DNA of 64,000 nucleotides from Eledone cirrhosa. Taxonomy: Eukaryota. The notes below the pieces were generated by a model. That model ran no database searches, was not told the origin of the DNA, and saw only the letters and a list, made by a program, of their open reading frames with translations. Shown here one piece after another: positions 30,001 to 42,561 of the stretch. Location: positions 248,001-312,000 of the forward strand of contig OZ024740.1 of NCBI GenBank assembly GCA_964016885.1, read 5' to 3'. The position numbers were made by a program, and so were the translations under genes. The number at the start of each line of letters is the position of its first letter. Positions within the stretch are counted from its first letter, which is position 1.

Positions 30001-33000
30001 AGATAGTATGGTGTGTGAGAGAGACAGTATGGTGTGTGAGAGAGACAGTATGGTGTGTGTGAGAGAGACAGTATGGTGTGTGTGAGACAGAGACAGTATG
30101 GTGTGTGTGCGAGAAAGAGAGTATGGTGTGTGTGAGAGAGACAGTATGGCATGTGAGAGAGAGAGTATGGTGTGTGTGTGAGAGACAGAATGGTGTGTGT
30201 CAGAGAGACAGTATGGTGTGTGTGTGAGAGACAGTATGGTGTGTGTGAGAGAGACAGTATGGTGTGTGTGAGACAGTATGGTGTGTGAGAGAGACAGTAT
30301 GGTGTATGTGTGAGAGAGACAGTATGGTGTGTGTGAGAGAGACAGCATGGTGTGTGTGAGACAGACAGTATGGTGTGTGTGAGACAGACAGTATGGTGTG
30401 TGAGAGAGAGACAGTATGGTGTGAGAGAAAGACAGTATGGTGTGTGTGACAGACAGTATGGTGTGTGTGAGAGAGACAGCATGGTGTGTGTGAGAGACAG
30501 TATGGTGTGTGTGAGAGACAGTATCGTGTGTGTGAGAGAAACAGTATGGTATGTGAGAGAGAGACAGTATGGTGTGTGTGAGAGACAGACAGTATGGTGT
30601 GTGTGAGAGACAGACAGTATGGTGTGTGTGAGAGACAGACTGTATGGTGTGTGTGAGAGACAGACAGTATGGTGTGTGTGAGAGACAGACAGTATGGTGT
30701 GTGTGAGAGAGACAGTATCGTGTGTGTGAGAGACAGTATGGTGTGTGTGAGAGACAGTATGGTGTGTGTGAGAGACAGTATGGTGTGTGTGAGAGACAGT
30801 ATGGTGTGTGTGAGAGAGAAAGTATGGTTGTGTGAGACAGTATGGTGTGTGCGAGAGAGACAGTATGGTGTGTGTGAGAGAGAGACAGTATGGTGTGTGT
30901 GTGAGAGAGAGAGTATGGTGTGTGTGTGAGAGACAGTATGGTGTGTGTGAGAGAGAGACAGTATGGTGTGTGTGAGAGAGAGACAGTATGGTGTGTGTGA
31001 GAGAGAGAGACAGTATGGTGTGTGTGAGAGAAAGAGAGTATGGTGTGTGTGAGCGAGACACTATGGTGTGTGAGAGAGAGAGTATGGTGTGTGAGAGAGA
31101 CAGTATGGTGTGTGTGAGAGAGACAGTATGGTGCGTGTGAGAGAGAGACAGTATGGTGCGTGTGAGAGAGAGACAGTATGGTGCGTGTGAGAGAGAGACA
31201 GTATGGTGCGTGTGAGAGAGAGACAGTATGGTGCGTGTGAGAGAGAGACAGTATGGTGTGTGTGAGAGAGAGACAGTATGGTGTGTGTGAGAGAGAGACA
31301 GTATGGTGTGTGTGAGAGAGCGACAGTATGGTGTGAGAGAGAGACAGTATGGTGTGAGAGAGAGACAGTATGGTGTGTGTGTGAGAGACAATATGGTGTG
31401 TGTGTGTGAAAGAGACAGTATAGTGTGTGTGAGAGAGAGAGTATGGTGTGAGAGAGAGACAGTATGGTGTGAGAGAGAGACAGTATGGTGTGAGAGAGAG
31501 ACAGTATGGTGTGAGAGAGAGACAAGATGGTGTGTGTGTGTGAGAGAGTGACAGTATGGTGTGTGTGTGAGAGACAATATGGTGTGTGTGTGAAAGAGAC
31601 AGTATGGTGTGTGTGTGAGAGAGAGATAGTATGGTGTGAGAGAGAGACAGTATGGTGTGTGAGAGAGACTGTATGGTGTGTGAGAGAGACTGTATGGTGT
31701 GTGAGAGAGACTGTATGGTGTGTGAGAGAGACTGTATGGTGTGAGAGAGAGACAGTATGGTGTGTGTGTGAGACAGACAGTATGGTGTGTGAGAGAGACA
31801 GTATGGTGTATGTGAGAGAGACAGTATGGTCTGTGAGAGAGAGACAGTATGGTGTGTGTGAGAGAGACAGTATGGTGTCTGAGAGAGACAGTATGGTGTG
31901 TGTGAGAGAGACAGTATGGTGTGTCTGTGTGAGAGACAGTATAGTGTCAGAGAGACAGTATGGTGTGTGTGAGAGAGACAGTATGGTGTGTGTGAGGGAG
32001 AGACAGTATGGTGTGTGAGAGAGAGACAGTATGGTGTGTGTGAGAGAGACAGTATGGTGTGTGTGAGAGAGACAGTATGGTGTGTGTGAGAGAGACAGTA
32101 TGGTGTGTGAGAGAGACAGTATGGTGTCTGAGAGAGACAGTATGGTGTGTGTGAGAGAGACAGTATGGTGTGTGTGTGAGGGAGAGACAGTATGGTGTGT
32201 GAGAGAGAGACAGCATGGTGTGTGAGAGAGAGACAGTATGGTGTGTGAGAGAGAGACAGTATGGTGTGTGTGAGAGAGAGACAGTACGCTGTGTGTGAGA
32301 GACAGTATGGTGTGTGTGAGACACAGTATGGTGTGTGTTAGAGAGAGACAGTACGGTGTGTGTGTGAGAGACAGTATGGTGTGTGCGTGAGAGAGACAGT
32401 ATGGTGTGTGTGTGTGAGAGGGACAGTATGGTGTGTGTGTGAGAGAGACAGTTTGGTGTGTGTGAGAGAGAGTATGGTGTGTGAGAGAGACAGTATGGTG
32501 TGTGTGAGAGAAAGAGAGTATGGTGTGTGTGAGAGAGAGACAGTATGTTGTGTGTGTGAGAGAAAGTATGGTGTGTGTGTGAGAGAGACAGTATGGTGTG
32601 TGTGAGAGACAGTATGGTGTGTGAGAGAGAGACAGTTTGGTGTGTGTGTGTGAGAGGGACAGTATGGTGTGTGTGTGAGAGAGACAGTTTGGTGTGTGTG
32701 AGAGACAGTATGGTGTGTGTGAGAGAGAGACAGTATGGTGTGTGTGAGAGAGAGACAGTATGGTGTGTGTGAGAGAGAGACAGTATGGTGTGTGAGAGAG
32801 AGAGGATGGTGTGTGTGAGAGAGACAGTATGGTGTGTGAGAGAGACAGTATGGTGTGTGTCAGAGAGACAGTATGGTGTGTGTGAGAGAGACAGTATGGT
32901 GTGTGAGAGAGAGACAGTATGGTGTGTGTGTGTGAGAGAGACAGTATGGTGTGTGAGAGAGAGACAGTATGGTGTGTGTGAGAGAAAGAGAGTATGGTGT

Positions 33001-36000
33001 GTGTGAGCGAGACACTATGGTGTGTGAGAGAGACAGTATGGTGTGTGTGTGTGAGAGAGACAGTATGGTGTGTGAGAGAGAGAGTATGGTGTGTGTGAGA
33101 GAGACAGTATGGTGTGTGAGAGAGACAGTATGGTGTGTGTGAGAGAGACAGTATGGTGTGTGTGAGAGAGACAGTATGGTGTGTGTGAGACAGAGACAGT
33201 ATGGTGTGTGTGCGAGAAAGAGAGTATGGTGTGTGTGAGAGAGACAGTATGGCGTGTAAGAGACAGTATGGTGTGTGAGAGAGACAGTATGGTGTGTGTG
33301 TGAGAGAGACAGTATGGTGTGTGTGTGAGAGACAGTATGGTGTGTGTGAGAGAGACAGCATGGTGTGTGTGAGACAGACAGTATGGTGTGTGTGAGACAG
33401 ACAGTATGGTGTGTGTGAGAGAGACAGTATGGTGTGAGAGAGAGACAGTATGGTGTGTGTGAGAGACAGTATGGTGTGTGTGAGAGAGACAGCATGGTGT
33501 GTGTGAGAGACAGTATGGTGTGTCTGAGAGAGACAGTATGGTGTGTGTGAGAGACAGTATGGTGTGTGTGAGAGAGACAGTATGGTGTGTGTGAGAGAGA
33601 CAGTATCGTGTGTGTGAGAGAGACAGTATGGTGTGTGAGAGAGAGACAGTATGGTGTGTGAGAGAGAGACAGTATGGTGTGAGAGAGAGACAGTATGGTG
33701 TGTGTGAGAGACAGTATGGTGTGTGTGAGAGAGACAGCATGGTGTGTGTGAGAGACAGTATGGTGTGTCTGAGAGAGACAGTATGGTGTGTGTGAGAGAC
33801 AGTATGGTGTGTGTGAGAGAGACAGTATCGTGTGTGTGAGAGAGACAGTATCGTGTGTGTGAGAGAGACAGTATGGTGTGTGAGAGAGAGACAGTATGGT
33901 GTGTGTGAGAGACAGACAGTATGGTGTGTGTGAGAGACAGTATGGTGTGTGTGAGAGACAGACAGTATGGTGTGTGTGAGAGAGACAGTATCGTGTGTGT
34001 GTGAGAGACAGTATGGTGTGTGTGAGAGACAGTATGGTGTGTATGAGAGACAGTATGGTGTGTGTGTGAGAAAAAGTATGGTGTGTGTGAGAGAAAAAGT
34101 ATGGTGTGTGTGAGAGACAGTATGTTGTGTGCGAGAGAGACAGTATGGTGTGTGTGAGAGAGAGACAGTATGGTGTGTGTGTGAGAGAGACAGTATGGTG
34201 TGTGTGTGAGAGACAGTATGGTGTGTGTGAGAGAGAGACAGTATGGTGTGTGTGAGAGAGAGACAGTATGGTGTGTGTGAGAGAAAGAGAGTATGGTGTG
34301 TGTGAGCGAGACACTATGGTGTGTGAGAGAGAGAGTATGGTGTGTGTGAGAGAGACAGTATGGTGTGTGTGAGAGAGACAGTATGGTGCGTGTGAGAGAG
34401 ACAGTATGGTGCGTGTGAGAGAGAGACAGTATGGTGTGTGTGAGAGAGACAATATGGTGTGTGTGAGAGAGAGACAGTATGGTGTGTGTGAGAGAGAGAC
34501 AGTATGGTGTGTGTGAGAGAGAGACAGTATGGTGTGAGAGAGACAGTATGGTGTGTGTGTGAGAGACAATATGGTGTGTGTGTGAAAGAGACAGTATGGT
34601 GTGTGTGTGAAAGAGACAGTATGGTGTGTGTGAGAGAGAGTATGGTGTGTGTCAGAGAGACAGTATGGTGTGTGTGAGAGAGAGACAGTATGGTGTGTGT
34701 CAGAGAGACAGTATGGTGTGTGTGAGAGAGAGACAGTATGGTGTGTGTGAGAGAAAGAGAGTATGGTGTGTGTGAGAGAAAGAGAGTATGGTGTGTGTGA
34801 GAGAGACAGTATGGTGTGTGAGAGAGACAGTATGGTGTGTGTGAGAGAGAGACAGTATGGTGTGAGAGAGACAGTATGGTGTGTGTGTGAGAGACAATAT
34901 GGTGTGTGTGTGAAAGAGACAGTATGGTGTGTGTGAGAGAGAGTATGGTGTGAGAGAGAGACAGTATGGTGTGAGAGAGAGACAGTATGGTGTGAGAGAG
35001 AGACAGTATGGTGTGTGTGTGTGAGAGAGTGACAGTATGGTGTGTGTGTGAGAGACAATATGGTGTGTGTGTGAAAGAGACGGTATGGTGTGTGTGAGAG
35101 AGAGCCAGTATGGTGTGAGAGAGACAGTATGGTGTGAGAGAGAGACAGTATGGTGTGTGTGAGAGAGAGACAGTATGGTGTGTGTGAGACAGACAGTATG
35201 CTATGTGTGAGAGACAATATGGTGTGTGTGTGAGAGACAATATGGTGTGTGTGTGAGAGACAATATGGTGTGTGTGTGAAAGAGACAGTATGGTGTGTGT
35301 GAGAGAGAGACAGTATGGTGTGAGAGAGAGACAGTATGGTGTGTGTGTGAGAGACAGTATGGTGTGTGTGTGAAAGAGACAGTATGGTGTGTGTGAGAGA
35401 GAGATAGTATGGTGTGAGAGAGAGACTGTATGGTGTGTGAGAGAGACTGTATGGTGTGAGAGAGAGACAGTATGGTGTGTGTGTGAGACAGACAGTATGG
35501 TGTGTGAGAGAGACAGTATGGTGTGTGAGAGAGACAGTATGGTGTATGTGAGAGAGACAGTATGGTGTATGTGAGAGAGACAGTATGGTCTGTGAGAGAG
35601 AGACAGTATGGTGTGTGAGAGGGAGACAGTATGGTGTGTGAGAGAGACTGTATGGTGTGTATGAGTGAGAGACAGTATGGTGTGTGTGTGAGAGACAGTA
35701 TGGTGTGTGAGAGAGAGACAGTATGGTGTGGGAGAGAGACTGTATGGTGTGTATGTGTGAGAGACAGCATGGTGTGTCTGTGTGAGAGACAGTATGGTGT
35801 GTGAGAGAGAGACAGTATGGTGTGTGAGAGAGAGACAGTATGGTGTGTGAGAGAGAGACAGTATGGTGTGTTTGAGAGAGACAGTATGGTGTGTGTGAGA
35901 GAGACAGTATGGTGTGTGTGAGAGAGACAGTATGGTGTGTGTGAGAGAGACAGTATGGTGTGTGTGAGAGAGACAGTATGGTGTGTGTGAGAGAGACAGT

Positions 36001-37557
36001 TTGGTGTGTGTGAGAGAGACAGTATGGTGTGTGTGAGAGAGACAGTATGGTGTGTGTGAGAGAGAGAGACAGTATGGTGTGTGTGAGACAGACAGTATGC
36101 TGTGTGTGAGAGACAATATGGTGTGTGTGTGTGAAAGACACAGTATGGTGTGTGTGAGAGAGAGACAGTATGGTGTGAGAGAGAGACAGTATGGTGTGTG
36201 TGTGAAAGAGACAGTATGGTGTGTGTGTGAAAGAGACAGTATGGTGTGTGTGAGAGAGAGACAGTATGGTGTGTGAGAGAGAGAGACAGTATGGTGTGAG
36301 AGAGAGACAGTATGGTGTGTGTGTGTGAGAGAGACAGTATGGTGTGTGTGTGAGAGACACAGTATGGTGTGTGTGAGAGACTGTATGGTGTGTGTGTGAG
36401 AGAGACAGGATGGTGTGTGTGTGAGAGAGACAGTATGGTGTGTGTGTGAGAGAGACAGTATGGTGTGTGTGTGAGAGAGACAGTATGGTGTGTGTGAGAG
36501 AGACAGTATGGTGTGTGTGTGTGAGAGAGACAGTATGGTGTGTGTGAGAGAGACAGTATGGTGTGTGTGTGTGAGAGACAGGATGGTGTGTGTGTGAGAG
36601 AGACAGGATGGTGTGTGTGTGAGAGAGACAGGATGGCGTGTGTGTGAGAGAGACAGTATGGTGTGTGTGTGTGAGAGAGAGACTGTATGGTGTGTTAGAG
36701 AGACAGTATGGTGTGTGAGAGAGATAGTATGGTGTGTGAGAGAGACAGTATGCTGTGTGAGAGAGACAGTATGGTGTGTGTGAGAGAGACTGTACGGTGT
36801 GTGAGAGAGACTGTACGGTGTGTGAGAAAGACTGTATGGTGTGTGAGAGAGACTGTATGGTGTGTGAGAGAGACTGTATGGTGTGTGAGAGAGACAGTAT
36901 GGTGTGTGTGAGAGAGACAGTATGGTGTGTGTGAGAGAGACAGTATGGTGTGTGAGAGAGAGACAGTATGGTGTGTGAGAGAGAGACAGTATGGTGTGTG
37001 AGAGAGAGACAGTATGGTGTGTGAGAGAGAGACTGTATGGTGTGTGAGAGACTGTATGGTGTGTGAGAGAGACTGTATGGTGTGTGAGAGAGACTGTATG
37101 GTGTGTGAGAGAGACTGTATGGTGTGTGAGAGAGACTGTATGGTGTGTGAGAGAGACTGTATGGTGTGTGAGAGAGACTGTATGGTGTGTGAGAGAGACT
37201 GTATGGTGTGTGAGAGAGACTGTATGGTGTGTGAGAGAGACAGTATGGTGTGTGAGAGAGACTGTATGGTGTGTGAGAGAGACTGTATGGTGTGTGAGAG
37301 AGACTATGGTGTGTGAGAGAGACAGTATGGTGTGTGAGAGAGACTGTATGGTGTGTGAGAGAGACTGTATGGTGTGTGAGAGAGACTGTATGGTGTGTGA
37401 GAGAGACTGTATGGTGTGTGAGAGAGACTGTATGGTGTGTGAGAGAGACTGTATGGTGTGTGTGAGAGACAGTATGGTGTGTGTGTGTGAGAGAGACTGT
37501 ATGGTGTGTGTGAGAGACAGTATGGTGTGTGTGTGTGAGAGAGACTGTGTGGTGTGT
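1..37557. repeat. Large satellite array, monomer (GA)n-CAGTATG-(GT)m (e.g. GAGAGAGACAGTATGGTGTGT), with higher-order repeats; runs off the left edge
   Basis: Continuous tandem units with a near-constant CAGTATG core between variable GA and GT runs. The marker variant GTAAG recurs at 23, 4646, 8790 and 13569, and near-identical artefact ORFs recur at 505/5151/9295/14074. Confidence 0.98.
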
Positions 37558-37579
37558 CCACAATACTTACATATACACA

Positions 37580-37943
37580 TGGTGTTGATGGTGATTGTCG
37601 TGGTGGTGGTGGTGATTGTAGTAGTGATGGTGGTGGTGGTGATAGTAGTGATGGTGGTGGCGATTGTAGTGGTGGTGGTGGTGATGATGATGCTGGTGGT
37701 GATTGTAGTAGTGATGGTGATGATGGCGGTGGTGATGATGCTGGTGGTGTTGGTGGTGGTGTTGGTGGTGGTGGTGTGGTGGTGATGCCGGTGATGATTC
37801 TGATGATGGTGGTTATGTTGGTGGTGGTTGTGTGGTGGTTGTGTGGTGGTTGTCTGGTGGTTGTGTGATGGTTGTGTGGTGGTTGTGGCGGTGGTGTGGT
37901 GGTGATGGTGTGGTGGTTGTGTGGTAGTGGTGGTGGTGGTGGT
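37580..37943. repeat. Degenerate (GGT/GAT)n trinucleotide microsatellite
   Basis: Runs of GGT, GAT, GTT and GTA triplets just after the satellite edge. Confidence 0.95.
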
Positions 37944-38039
37944 CAGTACATGGACCACACCCTGCTCTACAGTGAAAGTAGGAGGATAACAGTGATTCTT
38001 AACTTTTAAAGTCAACAGACTTTGGTGCTTCAGAAATAT

Positions 38040-38202
38040 GTCTGTGTGTGTGTGTGTGTGGGTGTGTATGTATGTGTGGGTGTGTATGTATGTGTGGGTG
38101 GGTGTGTCTGTGTGTGTGTGTGTATATGTGTGTGTATGTGTGTGTGTGTGTATGTCTGTCTATGTGTCTGTGTGTATGTGTGGGTACGTGTGTATGTGTG
38201 TG
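38040..38202. repeat. (GT)n/(GTAT)n microsatellite
   Basis: Seen directly; followed by a GA-rich low-complexity tract to about 38470. Confidence 0.95.
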
Positions 38203-38885
38203 TAAAATCTTAAATTGCCAGACTTCCTCTCAAGTATTGTTACATCATTCACAATTATGGAGAGAAAGGATGGGTGATGGGAGGGGATGAAGTAAGAGAT
38301 ACTGTATGAGACAGAGAGAGGGGGAGATGCACAGGTAGTGTATGAGAGAGAGAGGCAGATACACAGATAGTGTATAAGAGAGAGAGGGGAGATTGAGTGA
38401 TGGTGCATGAAAAAGAGAGGGAGGATAGATAGATAATGTATTGGAGAGGGAGGGAGGGAGTTGGATACACAGCAAGAAAGAAAGATTGGCATGAAATAGT
38501 TTTGTTCATGTGTGTTGTTAAAATACTACAGTACATCTTTCATTGTTTAGATACCTAGTAGAAACAGATGCTGTTTGATTTGGCAACAGGTAGAAAGAAG
38601 TACTAGTAGAACCATGATGATGATCAATTAACTTGATATGGTGGTGGTGGTGGTGGTGGTGGTGTGGGGCGGGATAGAACCCAACCCATTCACGGGTTGT
38701 GAAAACATGGGTCAGGATTTCTGTGGATGTTACTCATATATAGATCTTTTATAAAAAGACAAAAGAAAAAGGTCTGTTCCAAGCTGAAGGGCTGATTAGA
38801 TGAGTTTCATTGGCATTAAGAAACACCTGTCCATTGTAAGGGGTCACCCTCGAAACCTTGCTGCTGCTGGTACTTTCAACTGAAG

Positions 38886-39097
38886 GACGGTGGATTGGCA
38901 GAATTGGTAGAGCGTCGGACACCATGCTTTGCAATATAGAATTACGGCCCTTTACATTCTGAGTTCAAATACAGTCGAGGTTAACTTTGCCTTTCATCCT
39001 TATCGGGTCGATAAAATAAAGTACCAGTAATGTACTTGGTGAATTTAATCAACTTTCCCTCCCCAAAATTGCTGGTCTTGTGCCTAAATCAGAAACT
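38886..39097 (+). mobile_element. tRNA-derived SINE, family A
   Basis: A-box-like TGGCAGAATTGG, B-box-like GAGTTCAAAT, body AACTTTGCCTTTCATCCTT..GGGTCGATAAAATAAAGTACCAG; homologous inverted copies at 41.5 kb and 56.3 kb. Confidence 0.85.
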
Positions 39098-39221
39098 ATA
39101 AATTCAGCTGAATCACCTGGAGCAACATCAAATGTTGAAGTCATTGAGATGAAAGTCACAACTTCATGATTGTAAACCCAATATCCTAATCAGTCAACCA
39201 TGTTACTTCACTACAGATAGA

Positions 39222-39443
39222 CACACTATAAGCCATACTACCACACTATAACCATCCTACCACACTATAAATCATCCTATTATACTATAAACCATCCTAC
39301 CACACAATAAACCATCCTACCACACAATAAACCATCCTACCATACAATAAACCATCCTACCATACAATAAACCATCCTACCACACTATAAACCATCCTAC
39401 CACACTATAAACCATCCTACTACTATAAACCATCCTTCCACAC
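39222..39443. repeat. 20-bp minisatellite CACACTATAAACCATCCTAC (about 11 copies)
   Basis: Direct tandem repeats with few substitutions. Confidence 0.93.
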
Positions 39444-39512
39444 GACAGACAATCTGTCTGGGTCAAGCAAGTTAAACGGTTTGATCATTTATTGTTTATT
39501 AGTTTATTAATA

Positions 39513-39679
39513 CAAGGGTGGGCTGAAAAGTTCATATGCTCACTATGAAGGAGTGATGCTAGAGCTGTGAAATCTCGTATGCATTGTTTCCTTCCAGGGA
39601 CTATGTTGAAAAATAAACCTCATTTGGTAATTCCATGAGAGTATCTTGGTCAGCTTTTGAACTTTTCAGTCAACTCTCA
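39513..39679. mobile_element. Tc1/mariner-type MITE
   Basis: Imperfect TIRs CAAGGGTGGGCTGAAAAGTTCA / TGAACTTTTCAGTCAACTCTCA, with TA on both sides and no coding capacity. Confidence 0.7.
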
Positions 39680-39800
39680 TATATATCTGCCTGTCTATCT
39701 TCCTCAGTAATATTTTCTGCAAAGTTAGGTTTTAGAGTTGTTGGCCATCATCTTCACCAATAAAGACTGTTACTGTGAGAGACTATCTTGTGATGAATTA

Positions 39801-39948
39801 CATCTGCTGTCCTTAGTTGTCTCTAGGAATGACCACCATAAGAGAGACTGACATCTGCTGTCCTTAGTTGTCTCAAGGAATGACTACAAGAAGAAAGGGA
39901 CTATCATCTACTGTCCTTAGTTGTCTCTAGGAATGACCAACAAAAGAG
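39801..39948. repeat. Three tandem copies of an about 52-bp unit (CATCTGCTGTCCTTAGTTGTCTCTAGGAATGAC...)
   Basis: Copies start at about 39801, 39852 and 39905. Confidence 0.85.
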
Positions 39949-40165
39949 GTGAGTGCTTTACACTCAAGTGTCTACAGGAAGTATCTTCTGTTTTAATTAA
40001 TGGCCACCATGATTTACATGTTATCATCAAACGTATGTGACTAGTGGTTAATCACACCTAGTTACTGATTTCACAACACTTAATCAGGTTTGGGAAGGTT
40101 TTCACACTTAACAAAAAGAAAAAAAAATTATCTCTACAAAACATTTTCTTTCAAATTCATTTCTA

Positions 40166-40320
40166 CCATTGAGACAAGCCCCTAAAATCTCTCCCACTAG
40201 CAAAAGTGCCAAAACTTCTGACACAAGCTCTTAATATCTCCCATTGACACTGGACCTTAAAATACCTCCCATTGACACTGATCCCTAAAATATCTCTCAT
40301 TGAGACTGGACCCTAAAATA
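40166..40320. repeat. Degenerate about 28-bp minisatellite (CCATTGACACTGGACCCTAAAATATCTC)
   Basis: Five to six diverged tandem copies. Confidence 0.75.
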
Positions 40321-41069
40321 TAACATTTCAAAATATTTGAGTATATAGGGTAGTAACAATATATGAACATAATGAAGATATATCATTAAGAAGGATATTG
40401 CTGTAAAATTAATGTTGATTAAATTAAAATTCATAATAAAATCTCCCTCTAGTAAGGGTTTTATTTCTATATTTTAGTTTAGTATTCATCATCATCATCT
40501 TTCTATATTTAGTTCTCACTTCCTCCTTTCAATTTACATACAGTCCCACCTCTCCCTTTTCCTGTACATTATATCAAGTTCCATGCTAACTTCCTTCCTT
40601 TACATACTTTACATGACCACTCTATGATACTATTGCATTTTCTGGGATTCCTGCTGCTGAAGTAATACTTTCAAACTTGGTCAAGTCTGACACTAATTCT
40701 ACAGTTGGCTATGGCCAGACTCAGGTGGAAGAATAGAGGTAAGATAGCCTCAAACCAGAGTCTTGGCCTGCAAGATTGGTGAGAGAAAGGGAGAGAGGTA
40801 TGCTAAAACTGGGGGAGGAGACTGGCCCAAATGCTTGCAACAGAATAAACTAGACACCCAAGAGTCAGCTGATGGTGGTAACCCAGTGCTGAATTAAGCA
40901 CCATTTATACAGGCCACAACAAAATTTAAAATCATACATGATGACCACTGTTGGAAAGCCTTTGATCATGTTTACTAGATGAAAGTTGACCCAAGGCTAA
41001 GCAACAACAAGAACAGGTATGACCATTTACTTAAGAAAACTGTGACTTCACTCTTCCTATCACAACTAA

Positions 41070-41230
41070 TCAAGTGGTTAAGAAGTTGGCTTCACAGCCA
41101 CAAGGTTTCAGGTTTGATCCTACTGTGCAAACCTTAATCAAATATTTTCTACCAAAGCCACTAGTTGAGGCAAGCCTTGTAATTGATAATGGATAAGAGG
41201 AAATAGTGTAGAAACCCATCAGATGACATG
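41070..41230 (+). mobile_element. Old, diverged tRNA-derived SINE (CORE-like)
   Basis: AGTGGTTAAGAAGTTGGCTTC..CCACAAGGTTTCAGGTTTGATCCTACTG resembles a decayed A/B-box head. Family assignment is from recollection of cephalopod SINEs only. Confidence 0.45.
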
Positions 41231-41511
41231 TTCTTATAATTCAAAGGGCCAACTTTGTCACACAATGCCACGTTTATTCTGCAACAGGATTACATATAGC
41301 ATTTTATCCACATATTTATCCCAAGAATATGTATTTCTTATTTTATTTATTTATTGTTTTCTGACTCAGACACGAACACACACCAAACAGAAACGACAAC
41401 AAATAAATATGTATTTCTTTTTTGTTTTAATTATCGAAATAAAGTATTAATAGAGGTTTAGTGAAATAAATGTCAGCTTAATAATGAATTCTACTTTAGA
41501 CACATGATCAA

Positions 41512-41681
41512 GAATTTGGGGAAGGGGTAAGTTGACCCCAGTACGTGACTGGTACTTTATTTTATCAACTCCAGAAGGATGAAAGGCAAAGCTAACCTTG
41601 GTAGTATTTGAACTCAGAATTTAAAGAGCTGTAACTAAATGCCACAAAGCATTTTGTTTGATGTTCAAACAACTCTGCCAA
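41512..41681 (-). mobile_element. tRNA-derived SINE, family A (diverged)
   Basis: Reverse complement matches 38886-39097 (CTGGTACTTTATTTTATC..GGATGAAAGGCAAAG..TTTGAACTCAGAAT). Confidence 0.8.
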
Positions 41682-41820
41682 ACTTAATAATGGTTTCTAC
41701 ATTTGGAACAAGGCCAGCAATTGGAAAGGAAGAGAAAAGTCAATTAAATCTACCCCAGATCTGACACACACACAACAGTTCAACAAAACACTGTTTGTTG
41801 CTATTTTAAGTATAGTTTAA

Positions 41821-42561
41821 CCCTTTAGCATTTAAACCGGCCGTATCAGGCCAGAATTCTCTCACCTCTTCCTGTTCAAACCAGCTGTAACTGGCCGCGC
41901 AACTGATGTTAAGGTATTGTTCTCAAAATAGATAACATCAAAATCTAAACATTATGTAAGGTAAAGCCGTTACCGTGAAAATACAATAGTATATATAGAG
42001 TAATGTAAATATTATGTGAGGTAAAGCCTTTACTGTGAAAATATAGTAGTATATATAGAATAATGTAAATGTTATGTGAGGTAAAGCCTTTACTGTGAAA
42101 ATACAATAGTATATATAGAGTAATGTAAATGTTATGTGAGATATTATGTGAGGTAAAGCCTTTACTGTGAAAATACAATAGTATATATAGAGTAATGTAA
42201 ATGTTATGTGAGATATTGTGAGGTAAAGCCTTTACTGTGAAAATACAATAGTATATATAGAGTAATGTAAATGTTATGTGAGATATTGTGAGGTAAAGCC
42301 TTCACTGTGGAAATATAGTAGTATATATAGAGTAATGTAAATGTTATGCGAGATATTGTGAGGTAAAGCCTTTACTGTGGAAATATAGTAGCATATATAG
42401 AGTAATGTAAATGTTATGTGAGATATTGTGAGGTAAAGCCTTTACTGTGGAAATATAGTAGTATATATAGAGTAATGTAAATGTTATGCGAGATATTGTG
42501 AGGTAAAGCCTTTACTGTGGAAATATAGTAGCATATATAGAGTAATGTAAATGCTAAAGGG
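41821..42561. mobile_element. piggyBac-type non-autonomous element (MITE) containing an internal tandem array
   Basis: Perfect 14-bp TIRs CCCTTTAGCATTTA (41821-41834) and TAAATGCTAAAGGG (42548-42561); TTAA target duplication at 41817-20 and 42562-65. Confidence 0.9.
41950..42553. repeat. Nine tandem 60-72 bp repeats inside the MITE
   Basis: AGGTAAAGCC at 41959, 42019, 42079, 42151, 42221, 42291, 42361, 42431 and 42501. Confidence 0.95.

Noticed and set aside
1-37557. Telomere or CRISPR-like array
   Set aside because: No TTAGGG/TTAGG repeats; variable parts are dinucleotide runs, not unique spacers; no cas genes.
37561-37570. Minus-strand GTAAGT donor placing the satellite in an intron after a Thr/His-rich exon
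   Set aside because: The putative exon is a trinucleotide microsatellite; one hexamer is not enough evidence.
505-38015. Numerous long ORFs (up to 1567 aa) rich in S/L/H/T/C or C/V/R/E
   Set aside because: The satellite's minus strand almost lacks stop codons; ORFs overlap in several frames and simply translate the monomer.
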